A stretch of DNA of 64,000 nucleotides from Zancudomyces culisetae HAW-14-8 (taxonomy: Eukaryota > Fungi > Kickxellomycota): contig JBNJNM010000023.1 in NCBI GenBank assembly GCA_052426225.1, positions 992,001 through 1,056,000 on the forward strand. The letters are read 5' to 3'. Both the position numbers and the translations under genes were made by a program. The notes under the pieces were generated by a model. It was given only the letters and a program-made list of their open reading frames with translations, was not told the origin of the DNA and ran no database searches. Of this stretch, positions 39,121 to 50,030 are shown piece after piece (the stretch's first letter is position 1; each line of letters starts with the position of its first letter).

Positions 39121-40950
39121 ATGTTCCAGGAGGCTTGGATGCGCCTCACAGATCACAAATGGATACTCCAAGTGATCTCAGAAGGGTTCAGAATCCCCTT
39201 CAAAACGCATCCACCGACGGTCAAGCAGAAAAAACCGTTAGGTTACAACTTGAAAAAGCTTCCAGAAAAAGTGGTCGAACAGGAGATAGCAAACCTTCTG
39301 TCAAAGAAAGCAATAGAGGAAGCTTCATCCGCGCAGCCAGGGTTCTACTCAAATCCGTTTACAATCCCAAAGAAGAACGGAGGCACGCGGATGGTACTGA
39401 ATTTAAGACCTTTAAATCAGTACATCCCACAGCGACATTTCAAGATGGAGTCGCTCACAACTATCTCCAGAATGATCCGCAAAGGGGATTATATGACCAG
39501 CATAGACCTCAGCGATGCATTTCTACACGTATTGATCAACAAAACGTCCAGAAAGTATCTCAGGTTTACATGGGGCGGTCGCACCTACCAGTACAGGGTG
39601 CTCCCATTTGGTCTATCTTTAAGCCCACTAGTATTCACAAAAACACTAAAACCAGTACTGAAATGGGCCAGAGCTCGCGGGATACGAATGTCGAGCTACT
39701 TAGACGATTTGTTAATCTTAGGATCAACAAAAACAGAGTGTCTAAAGTTCACAAACATGGTATCCAAGAAACTGGTGAAACTGGGATTCCTGATCAACCA
39801 GGAAAAGTCATCAATACATCCCAAACAATGTATTACGCATCTTGGGATGGACATCAACAGCCGTCAGATGAGTTTCAAGATACCCAAACAGAAACTCAAA
39901 GATTTAGCGAGAGAGGCATCCAGGTTGATACACAAAGGGCCTACAACACTGAAGGATCTGGCATCATTCATTAGCAAAACGCAGGCAGTGAATATAGCAC
40001 TCAGACCAGGACGACTGATGAGCAGGAAGTTGTTAGAGCTCAAAAACAACACTCTGAAACGCACCACGGATTGGAGATCACCGGTAACATTGAATCAGCC
40101 CGCACTGGACAATCTGACGTGGTGGAGGGACCATCTGAAGCAATGGAATGGTCTATGCTTCCTTCCGGAGATCTCAGAGATAGAAGTATATACGGATGCA
40201 AGCGACAATCACTGGGGAATAGTGATAGACAGCAATCAGTATACGGGGACATGGACACGACAACAGATGAAGCTCCTTATCAATGCGAAGGAATTATTAG
40301 CAATCCAGTATGCAGTGAAGCTGCCGCAGGTTCAGGGAAAGAGTATTGTTGTATATTGCGACAACAACACTTCAATCAGCTACATCAAGAAGCATGGGGG
40401 AACCAAATCAGTGAATCTGATGGACATTTCGGAAGCAATTTGGAAACATTGCATCAGCAATGGCACTCGGGTTCAGATTCAGTATGTGCCATCAATACTG
40501 AATCCAGCGGATGCACCATCACGTTTAACAGCTCAAACAGAGTGGTCACTATCAGACAAGATGTTTTAGAAGATACAGAAACAGTTTGGTCCACACGATG
40601 TGGACATGTTTGCCAACAACAACAACCACAAACTACCAACATTTGTGAGTTGGAAATTGACACCAGAAGCAGCGAAAACGAATGCATTCAATCATCATTG
40701 GAGCATTTGGACGAATCCATACCTTTGTTCACCATGGAATCTGATACAGAAAACATTACAGAAGATCAGCCAGGACAAAGTATCAGCGACATTGATAACA
40801 CTGTTTTGGAGGTCAGCACCATGGTATCCAGACCTCAAGAGCATGCTAATAGCTCCACCGATCAAGATATTAGCTCCACAGATAATTCCGGATCCAAAAA
40901 GCGGAAAGCAAGTGACACAGATAAACAAAACATGGTCGCTTACGGCTTGA
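39121..40950 (+). pseudogene. DIRS pol: RT + RNase H + N6-adenine methyltransferase-like domain, interrupted by TAG at 40567-40569
   Basis: RT motifs SIDLSDAFLH, LPFGLSLSP, YLDD; RNase H motifs YTDAS, INAKEL, CDN, NPADAPSR; methyltransferase-like DMFA...NAF...PWNLI. The second copy has Gln at the stop position. Confidence 0.9.
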
Positions 40951-41913
40951 AAATTAAGCGCGCACGCCTTGAAAAAACGGGTTTAAAAGATTCAGTTATC
41001 ACGTTAATGACAACTGGTAAACGAAATATGGCAAAACAAAAACAATATTACAACATCAAGGTAAAGTTTATTAAGTGGTTAGAGTCTGCAAAACTTGATA
41101 TTAATAACGTTTCAGTTGTTGATGTTATCAATTTCCTTGATGAACATCGTATTAGTAACAATTTAAAAGTTGGTACTATAAAAAACTACAAGTCTGCTAT
41201 CATCGATATTAATGCTGAATGGCGAACATTTAGCAGCGATATTTTGATGATTGATTATTTAAAACAGCTCGATTCAACTTCAGTTCGATCTTTTAACAAC
41301 CCTAACTACGATATTAATCCGATTATCGAACATATTAAAAATTTTGGTTCAAATTTTAAAATGAGCAAGCAAAATTTAACAATTAAATTTTGTTGGTTGC
41401 TAGCAATTTGTGGATTTTTGAGACCTTCTGACATTGAACGAATCGATGATTCAAAGACGGAAATCAATAAAGATTATGTTAAATTTGTTATTGTTGGACC
41501 AAAAGAAAAGCGAAGTGGAAATCCGATTGAAAAGGTCAGTATAATCCACACACATAGCGACTATAAATTATGTCCTGTAGTAACATAGAGCATATAAAAA
41601 ACGCATTGCAACTTTTCCGAGTGTTGCAAACCATCCGATCCTCGATGGAGTACAATTGCACTACCTTATCCGCAACTTAAAGTATAACGACAAACACATT
41701 GGGGCACAACGAATCAGTAAACATATTAATTCATTGATGTCACTCTTGCAGTTGCCAGAAAGCGCAAAGTTACCAAAAGCTCGAGCATTAGGATCTACTA
41801 GAGCTACAAAGCTAGGTGCGACATACGACGATGTTATTGCACAAGGATTTTGGGCAAGTAAAGGTATATTTGATACTTATTATCAATTATCACGTAAACT
41901 CGTGAAAATTTAA
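40071..41913 (+). pseudogene. DIRS tyrosine recombinase, frameshifted near 41585
   Basis: GFLRPSDIERID, PKEKR and LCPV, then in another frame PKARALGSTRA and GFWASKGIFDTYY. Confidence 0.88.
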
Positions 41914-41970
41914 CTCAATCTATCTTGAACTCTGAAGCTACATAATTGTATCTGGATAAGTGAAGCATAA

Positions 41971-42036
41971 TAATATGTTTAGTTGAATGAAATGAAAACT
42001 TATTATTATTATGCGAACATCCAGATACAATTATGT
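41971..42036 (+). repeat. Internal complementary region (ICR): 66-bp direct copy of the left ITR outer end, complementary to the right ITR outer end
   Basis: taatatgtttagttgaatgaaatgaaaacttattattattatgcgaacatccagatacaattatgt is identical to 37826-37891. An 18-nt inverted sub-copy lies at 41940-41957. Confidence 0.9.
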
Positions 42037-42068
42037 CCCACCCAATTCCCACCCATACCTAGCTCAAC

Positions 42069-42390
42069 GATGGTAAAGATTCATCAGGAAACAGGGGACA
42101 TCAGTTTATATATGGTTTAAATTTATTTTATTTAGTTAGTTTTACTTATTTTATAAAAATTATACAGTGATGTCTGTCATTACACACATCATTACGTATA
42201 AAGTTTCTAAATTTAAACACTCTTTTTATCGATTTAATTTTTTACCAAATTTTAAGGTAATGGATTAATCGATAAAAATAGTATCTAGGAAAGAATTTTC
42301 GATTTATAATAAAGATTGGTACACACATAATTTTATCTGGATGTTCGCATAATAATAATAAGTTTTCATTTCATTCAACTAAACATATTA
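42069..42390 (-). repeat. Right inverted terminal repeat of the DIRS element
   Basis: Reverse complement of 37826-38147. Confidence 0.93.
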
Positions 42391-42567
42391 TAATAATCAC
42401 TAGAAATACAATTGGCTAATAATTCAGAAAGGTGATCTCACTACCTTACTTTATTGATTTTTTATTAAAAAACTTTTTACTTCAGCCAACTAAACACATT
42501 ATCTATCATACTAAAATATCTCTTATCTAAAATAAAACAATTAACTAAAACGGTTATGCTTGACCTT

Positions 42568-43011
42568 TTAATGAAATGGAGCAATCCAAACGTAAGATAC
42601 TGCCGGACGACCTTGTAGTTCTTTAAATAAATTTATAACTCGGCCTGCTTTACCCACTTTCTCATCGATACATTTACCCGCACAAAAATAATCACTACAG
42701 TACTTCATGAATCCTCTTTTTTCATTGATGCCATCCATTCTTACAGAACGAAACCCAGGTCCATTGTAGCATTTGTTTGGTATGGCATAGAGAGTGTCTT
42801 TAGGATAGTCAAAGTTACTGGAGTTAGATGGTTCAAGTTTCAACATTCTGGGTATGTGTTCGTGGCTGCATTCACAGTGCATGTTGTTAAACTTGGCTTT
42901 TGGAAAACCATTTTCATCAGATGCAAGATTATATTGGTTTTGAGTATTTTCAATACTGTAAGCAAGAGCCGAGCCAAGTACTAAGATACTGAGGATTGTT
43001 GGTTTAAACAT
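42568..43011 (-). CDS. Small secreted Cys-containing protein, crystallin-like family member 2
   Basis: Signal peptide MFKPTILSILVLGSALA; motifs PNKCYN, RGFMKYCSDYFCAGKC and SYVW. Confidence 0.82.
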   Translation of the reverse strand: MFKPTILSILVLGSALAYSIENTQNQYNLASDENGFPKAKFNNMHCECSHEHIPRMLKLEPSNSSNFDYPKDTLYAIPNKCYNGPGFRSVRMDGINEKRGFMKYCSDYFCAGKCIDEKVGKAGRVINLFKELQGRPAVSYVWIAPFH

Positions 43012-44473
43012 TTTTATTCTCAAGTGATTGTTTTTTACTATTATAGTTTGGATTATAGAGTTTATAGTGAAATAGTTGTAGGTTTCTATATATTTAGAAG
43101 TTAATAGGCTTTTTATACTTTTTTTTGTAATCGAAAGGTATGTTTTGAGATTATTTTATAAAGATGCGAATATCTCCAGTATTCTAGAGTTAGTTTTTAT
43201 ATGACCATTTTTAAATTATCTAAAGCTAATATTTTATTAAAGCGGGGATAAAATAATATCAACTAGATCCAGACTAATACTCAGAATAAACAGTTTTAAA
43301 TTTTAATAACTAAAATAGGATTGTAAAGAAAATAAATAATATATTACTCTAGATTTATTGATATAGGATTAAATCCCAAGTTTGTAAGCAAAATATTGAT
43401 AATTATTCATTTTTTTTACCACAAATGGTTTTAAGTTTAAAAAATATTACTTTTTGTTTATTCTACGCGTTATGCTTCTAGACTTTAATAACAAAGACAA
43501 AATTCTCTTTTTAGATTATAGTATAAATTAAATCATTGGGTGAAATGAATTCTCAATCAATTTCATAAAACCAAAATATTTATCACAAACTGGAAATTCC
43601 CAATTTTCTACAAATTATGTTTAAATTTGAAAAAATATATTACTTAGGTTAAAAAATAATATTCAGGAAGAGAAATTCCAGATATTCGCAATTTCTTAAT
43701 CCCACGGATAGGTCAGGAGGAATGTTGGTATGCAGAGAAAACGACTGTAGAGGTGTGTGTACAGTAAATACCAGGTTTTTACAAACTGGTATGTGGGATT
43801 TCCCAGAAGATCTCAAGTCTGGTCCACTTTCAATTAAATGGGTGTCAATGGGTACTGCCCCCAACGAATAATCTTTAATACTCCTTTATAAGAAACAATA
43901 AATCACTTTAGAGTCAAGTTTAGTGAATGAAAATATTATTTTTCTAGCCTTAGAAAGCTAAGATTAATTAAAGTATTAATCTTTGCATAAATAAATTACA
44001 ATATTCTACTTTAAAACTAGGCCAAAATGATCCACAAACATTAGTATTTACATATATTTTAGTTGATAGTATAATTTAATGTCACAACAAGTACACAAAC
44101 ATTAAAAAGATAGTAGGTAAAAAATTTCTTAAAACATAACATGAAAAGTCTGTTTCCACAAGTCTAGAGACAGCATACTCACTGGTAATTGATCAGATGA
44201 TGTATTTTCTGCCTTAGGTAGATCAAAGGCGATTACCTTAATAAACTATGTGTACTTTACCAATGGTAATATTACTAATTTAGTTAACGGAATAAATTAG
44301 ATACTGGTAATTTAATTGCTATTTTTCTAATTCAGAATTTGTATTCGATTCATGCAGCAATTTATGTATCTTCATGTATGTTGTATTATACAATTTATTT
44401 AAATAATATATAAAGACCGTTAGAATTAGTTAAAGTAACGACTAAAACCAATAAAGTTTTAAAGAATGGCAAG

Positions 44474-44896
44474 TTAGTAGTAGTATCCACCGTAGTATGG
44501 GTAGCTGTAACCGTAACCGTAACCGTAACCGTAGCCATACGATGGATATCCGTAGTATCCGCCATAGTATGGGTATCCATAATTTCCATACCACCAACGG
44601 TCATCAGTTCCATTTCCTGCATCACCACCTTCTGCTGAAGGATCAACAGTTTGAGCAGAATCGTCGTCAGCTGGTGCAACTTCCTCCTCCTCGTCAGCAC
44701 GCTTGCGGTAGGCTGGTGTAGCAAAGCGGTTGTTAAAAGCAGGGCGAGATGGTGGAGCATATCTTCCAAAGTCCTGAACCTGTTCCATTAGTGATTGCAT
44801 AGGTCCGACATTTGCTCTTGGTCTTGAGGCGGATGCAGCATTTACTGATACTGTGGCAACTGCGGCTGTGAAGAGTGCGAGTGTTGGCTTTACCAT
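44474..44896 (-). CDS. Secreted precursor of a Tyr/Gly/Trp-rich peptide, copy 2
   Basis: N-terminal 70 aa nearly identical to 35717; RKR site, GNGTDDR, then WWYGNYGYPYYGGYYGYPSYGYGYGYGYGYSYPYYGGYYY. Confidence 0.9.
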   Translation of the reverse strand: MVKPTLALFTAAVATVSVNAASASRPRANVGPMQSLMEQVQDFGRYAPPSRPAFNNRFATPAYRKRADEEEEVAPADDDSAQTVDPSAEGGDAGNGTDDRWWYGNYGYPYYGGYYGYPSYGYGYGYGYGYSYPYYGGYYY

Positions 44897-46169
44897 TTTT
44901 GATATTTAGTTTAATATGAGCGTTGTGTGTAGCTGATTGCCAATGCAGTATTTTAATACAAATGATTGTGATTATGCTTTAAATTGATACTTGAAGAATC
45001 TTCAACCGTTGATGATTTTTTATTTTGACAGTGATACCTTGACCCATTTTATACTTTTATTTTTTTTTGTTTGTAATCTACTTTACTCTTTAATCGCAAT
45101 TCACGGGTATCCTATATCATCTTTAAAGAGATAGTGGAAGATTCTAATTTTAGAACGATATAAATGAGTATTCTTTGCTCTAACTTTAGTATATTTAGGT
45201 TATAATAATAAACGATATAATTAACAGTTAGTAATAATTGTACTATTATTAACCTAAATATGGTATATCGGATTTTTCTAAATACACTTACTTAGATACC
45301 AGCGTTGTAGTACTAGCAAATAAAAGTTAAAGATTGTTGCGCTTAGTCTTATTTCATTGGTAGATTGATTGGCTTATAGTGTTACCTAATACTACGTAAA
45401 TAATATAGATTTTAGATTTTGTATCTAATTCGTTTAAAATATCTTTCCTTAATAAGAAATAAATAAAGTAATTAAAACGAGAGTAAAGTACCTCATTGAT
45501 GGTATCGGTATTTTCAAAAAAACTCTGATTTAGATAATAGTGTCATTTCTAAAAATAATATTGATATTTATAATGTTCTCTTAAAAGGAAAAACATAAAC
45601 TAATATTGGGGGTGCACCTGGAAAAGAGGTAAAATAGACAAAACTACCCGGTCCTGTAAACATTCCAATTCAACTAGCCATTATTTCCATTTTTTTCGAC
45701 AAGGATTAGTCACTACTTGTATACACATACCCATTGTGTTTGTAATGTAGAATAAAATAAACGCCTATTTTGTATAATGTATTATTAAACCACGAAGCAA
45801 CTACTATGAAACTCTCTAGCACAATGAACTTTATTTTTATGTTCATGTAGTTATTTTGGTCCCGTAGGTGTTACTAATAGCAAAAATATATTATACAAGG
45901 GTTTACTGATTGAGTCTATTTATAGATTGATAACTACTTTAGAATATTAGTAGCTATGTTGATCCGATGTATTATTCTATTCAGTATTGTATATAATAGA
46001 ATAATGATTCTTGTATTATTCTTATCAGTTTGCTTTTTTTGTATAAATGTTCCAGCTTTTTCTTTTTTAAAGAACCAAAATACATTGAAACCTTTACCGA
46101 TGTTAAAAGATATAGATCGTTTAACTATTTTAAAATATCTTTGATTATAGACTCTAAACTCATTCAACC

Positions 46170-46709
46170 ATGTTTAAAAAGCTATTGATTTTGGTTGCGT
46201 TATTGCAATTCTGCCTAGCATCCTCAGATTTTCAGAAAGACCTAGCATGTAAGGTTACAGTCACCAACGCATACCCTTGTACGGAACATACATATTGGAG
46301 AGATCTGAGCGGTGAAATACCTATGAATGCGGGAGACTGGTTCAAGTACTGGTCCTTCTCATACAAGGACTTTGACAGAAATCAAATAAAATACTCAGGA
46401 CACGATTTGCCTAATAGTGTAATCAGTCAGTATATTGGCTTTAATGTTGATTCAAATCTGAGAACAGGCGAATCTATATGTACTTGGGTCAAGGCTGGTG
46501 TTACAGTAAAAGTTTTGGCTAGAACCTATATGAGATGTGTTGAACTCGATACTGTGAGTGACTGCAACGGAATGCAAACACGCTTGAGAACCAAAATCTG
46601 TGTAGACCAAAAATGGGATGCACTTGCATATGAAAGATACTGCCATTGGAACAATTGTGGATTAGGGTGGGATGGACCTTTCTCAAAAGAAAAATCAGTG
46701 TTCTGTTGA
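46170..46709 (+). CDS. Secreted Cys-rich protein (179 aa), unknown family
   Basis: Signal peptide MFKKLLILVALLQFCLA; several Cys and Trp; beta-rich pattern; coding-like composition within AT-rich flanks. Confidence 0.82.
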   Translation: MFKKLLILVALLQFCLASSDFQKDLACKVTVTNAYPCTEHTYWRDLSGEIPMNAGDWFKYWSFSYKDFDRNQIKYSGHDLPNSVISQYIGFNVDSNLRTGESICTWVKAGVTVKVLARTYMRCVELDTVSDCNGMQTRLRTKICVDQKWDALAYERYCHWNNCGLGWDGPFSKEKSVFC

Positions 46710-47324
46710 TTTTTTGAAACTGATTAGTACAACTGCTGGTATAACTAATATAGAAATAATACAAATTAACATTTTCTATATATAAACAATTTCATTTTTT
46801 TTGTCTGTCGTGTGTGTTTTGGTGTAGATCGGGATTCAATGATTTCAAATAATATTTTATTATCTACATAAACAATAACTATTATTATTTACATTGTAAT
46901 CACTACTACAACTACAATTATTAATTCAATCAAAAAAATTCAAACAATAATATAAAAATTATAAAGTGAAATATGAAAAATACAACTAAAAAGATTATTA
47001 GTAAAAATCAACCACAGAGATAAAAACAAACTGAATATGATAACGAATGTAAGAACATAACTAAAAGTAAAAAAACAGTAAAACAAGAATGAAACATAGG
47101 TTAATTATATATAGCTATTAGTTGTTTTATTGAAATACTATATATAAACAAAAGTAGACTCATTAAAGATTTCTTAGCTCTTATAACAGTTTTAAAAAGA
47201 TAGAATATTAGGATAAATAAATAGTAATTGTGAACACAAGTTTATTAGGATTAGTGCTACGGCTAATCATAAATACTAGTTTAAAAAAAAACAAGAATAG
47301 CTATTAAAATCTCACAACTAACAC

Positions 47325-47620
47325 ATGTCAGGCTTCATGAGTAAATTTAGACCCAGATGGATCCAGTCAGAAAGAGATGAGGGCAGATACTCATCTGATA
47401 GTGACCGTTCGGGAGCCACTTCCATAGAAGTGGCTCCCGAAATATCACGTGTCCCATTTGCTGAATTATGGATCATGTATTTTTGCAACTAAAGAACCCG
47501 TCAAAGGATGAGGCTGTCCCCAACCTCACCCGACAGAACAGAAACTTAATATTATTATGCGAGCGTCAATATATAATGGAGTCACACCCAATATTCTACA
47601 CAGCTAGCACAAATGATTGG
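47325..47620 (+). mobile_element. Degenerate gag-like cassette (copy A) followed by DIRS ICR-like sequence
   Basis: MSG...DEGRYSSDSDRSGATSIE is shared with 54795-55014 and 63469-63722; tattattatgcgagc...cacccaat...ctagcacaaatgattgg resembles 42001-42075. Confidence 0.6.
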
Positions 47621-48031
47621 CATTCAGATTATTAGACAGACGACACCACATTGAATTGGTTAGTTTATTTATAAAGATTTATAACAAATGTTAACCATTA
47701 TTTACACATCTATGTAAAGAGCACTAAATATTTACTTTCTATATCGAAGAAAAATATACCTGACTTCATGATATCAAATATCTCAACTAAAACGGTAATC
47801 AATAACCACATCTGATTAATATTGGGGAGTAGTTCATAAACTAATTGTATCTAGAATAGCGAAGCAAAATACTACAATACTCAAAAGTGTAAAAAATTAT
47901 TATGGTTGGAGGTACATCCCTTTGTTTGTGAAAATTATAAAAAGAGAACTTTTTTTCAAGTCGGAAGAAGGTAAATCAAAACCGAATTATAATCAACAAT
48001 TCATAATAGCATCGAAAAAAAAAAAGCCAAA

Positions 48032-48484
48032 ATGATCAAGTCAGTAATTCTCAATATATTCAGCATTGGTATACTTTATTTAGCTTTGCCGCAAAGTGCA
48101 AATAACCACACCTTACAAACAGCCTATGAGGATCAAATTTTACAAACCAATCTTGTCAAAAAAAACTTTAGGCGTGATAATATGGCAGTTCAGTTATTTG
48201 TTGGTGGTGGTTTCAAAGCCCTAAAAGGTACCTTTAATGTCAAACCAAACACATGCTACAATGAGAGTAATTTTTCATCTGTTAAAATGGTTGGTGTGAA
48301 TGAAAATAGAGGTGCCTTTATGGTCTGTAGAGAATATAACTGTAGTGGCAGCTGTTATGTTCATATTATGAGTAGTGGAAATGAGATTTATGATTCGTGG
48401 TTTTATACTGGTCAAGTCTATGCGGTATCTTATTTTTGGATTACTCCGTACAATAATGCGATTCAAACCTACAAATGGATTTGA
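48032..48484 (+). CDS. Small secreted Cys-containing protein, crystallin-like family member 3
   Basis: Signal peptide, RR site, motifs LFVGGGFKA, PNTCYN, RGAFMVCREYNCSGSC and SYFW. Confidence 0.82.
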   Translation: MIKSVILNIFSIGILYLALPQSANNHTLQTAYEDQILQTNLVKKNFRRDNMAVQLFVGGGFKALKGTFNVKPNTCYNESNFSSVKMVGVNENRGAFMVCREYNCSGSCYVHIMSSGNEIYDSWFYTGQVYAVSYFWITPYNNAIQTYKWI

Positions 48485-48949
48485 TTTCATTTCCCAACTT
48501 GATCATAATTTAAACATACTTAAAGGTTAAAGATTTAAAGCAGATTTAGGAAACTTTTATTGTTATTTTTAAACTTTTTTATGAATAAACATACCAAACA
48601 TATAGTATAAATAAATAGATTATGTGTGAAAAGAGATAAATTGACTTTACACCAAATTCTTTTGTCAAATTTCGTCAAAATTTCTTATTAATAATATAAT
48701 GAAAGTGTAACAAAATGTATGTCAGTCTTCAGTTTATATATTTTACAAAATGCCAGATTTTATAAACGCTAGTAATTAGCTTATTATCGGTATAAAGATG
48801 TGAAAACCAAAAATTATCTATTAAATAAAAAAAAGCTATAAAAACTGAAACGATAAAGAAAAGGCCCGAAATCAGGCTAATTAAACGCATAAAGTTGAGG
48901 GTTAATACTAAACGACTTGGCCGAGAATAAAAATTCTAGATTAATAGTC

Positions 48950-49363
48950 TAATATGTTTAGTTTGAAATGAAAATTATATTTATTTTGCGAATATCCAGA
49001 TAAGATTATGTTTCACCCAGTTCTGCCCAATCTAGCACACAAATAAATGTAAGGAATCAAGAAAGTAGAAAAATAATCGGTAATATACTTTTACTTTCAC
49101 TTTTGTTTTTATTAATAAAAACCATTTACATACTTTTAACCCTTCATTTTCAAAAATAATTTTATTATCGTGTTAGAAATTACTAAATAAATTTAGTGAT
49201 CACAGTCAGATACTAAATCGCTAACACTTGGAAATTTTTTCGAGTCAAAATATTTATGATCTAGGAAAGATTTCAAAATTATATAAAGATTAAGTAAACA
49301 TAATTATATCTGGTGTTTTGTTTAATAATAATAAGTTTTCAATGCATTCAACTAAATATATTA
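48950..49363 (+). mobile_element. Solo DIRS 3' end (ICR + right ITR) with no coding body
   Basis: Begins taatatgtttagtttgaaatgaaaa...ccagataagattatg and ends cataattatatctgg...cattcaactaaatatatta; collinear with 41971-42390. Confidence 0.8.
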
Positions 49364-49670
49364 GAATAACCTCTTTGAACAAACTACCAGTAGGTATAGA
49401 ATCTTTGAGAAAGTCGAGTAAGAAATGCTTAGTAGATATTATTTGGAGTTTTTTACCTACTAATCTTTGGATATTTAGTATATTTGTGACAAGATAAAAT
49501 TTTTTACTCAAATTAAAATATATCTTTGTGTGTTTGTGTCACTTTGTTAACTATATTAAAGTTAATATGCTAATCATTTTGATAATAGAATTGTAACTTT
49601 ATTCAAGTATACGTTCAAATTAAATAAAAACAAATTTACTACCAACTAAACTATGCTCTAAAGTAACAAT

Positions 49671-50030
49671 TTATTCGTTGGCGGCAAGACCGAATGCTAT
49701 CCATTTCATAGAAAGAACGTTTGTACCGATATCAAGATAGAAGTCCCAATTACCTGTTCTTATAAAATCGGTGTTTGCCGTACATACACCCTGACAATTT
49801 CTTTCCCTACACATTATAAGTGCTCCTGATCTATCAGTGGGGTTAAGGTATTGCCCCGATCTGCCAGGGTTAATGTTATAACATTGATTTTTTACCATCT
49901 GGAGCTCATCCACGACAGCACCAGAAAATCGATATCCTGAAAATATTTTGGCATGCAGGGTTTGAAATTTAGCATTTACTGGAAACGTAGAAACTACGGC
50001 CGCGAGAAGTGCTAGTGTTGACTTTACCAT
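49671..50030 (-). CDS. Small secreted Cys-containing protein, crystallin-like family member 4, with a Tyr/Gly-family signal peptide
   Basis: Leader MVKSTLALLAAVVSTFPVNA; motifs IFSGYRFSG, KNQCYN, GALIMCRERNCQGVC and SMKW. Confidence 0.82.
   Translation of the reverse strand: MVKSTLALLAAVVSTFPVNAKFQTLHAKIFSGYRFSGAVVDELQMVKNQCYNINPGRSGQYLNPTDRSGALIMCRERNCQGVCTANTDFIRTGNWDFYLDIGTNVLSMKWIAFGLAANE

Larger units (their letters stand above)
37826..42390 (+). mobile_element. Full-length DIRS-type tyrosine-recombinase retrotransposon (gag, RT/RNase H, adenine methyltransferase-like domain, YR), probably inactivated
   Basis: 322-bp inverted terminal repeats, an internal complementary region, overlapping ORFs, YLDD RT motif and YR motifs; no obvious target-site duplication. 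Confidence 0.95.

Noticed and set aside
43649-43864. 71-aa ORF in a GC-richer patch
   Set aside because: No ATG start, no signal peptide and no similarity to other window families; at most an unassignable relic.
35717-44896. Reading the Tyr/Gly precursors as a dikaritin/KEP-type RiPP cluster
   Set aside because: The core is not repeated between multiple KR sites, and no DUF3328/UstY oxidase or other tailoring enzyme is in the window.
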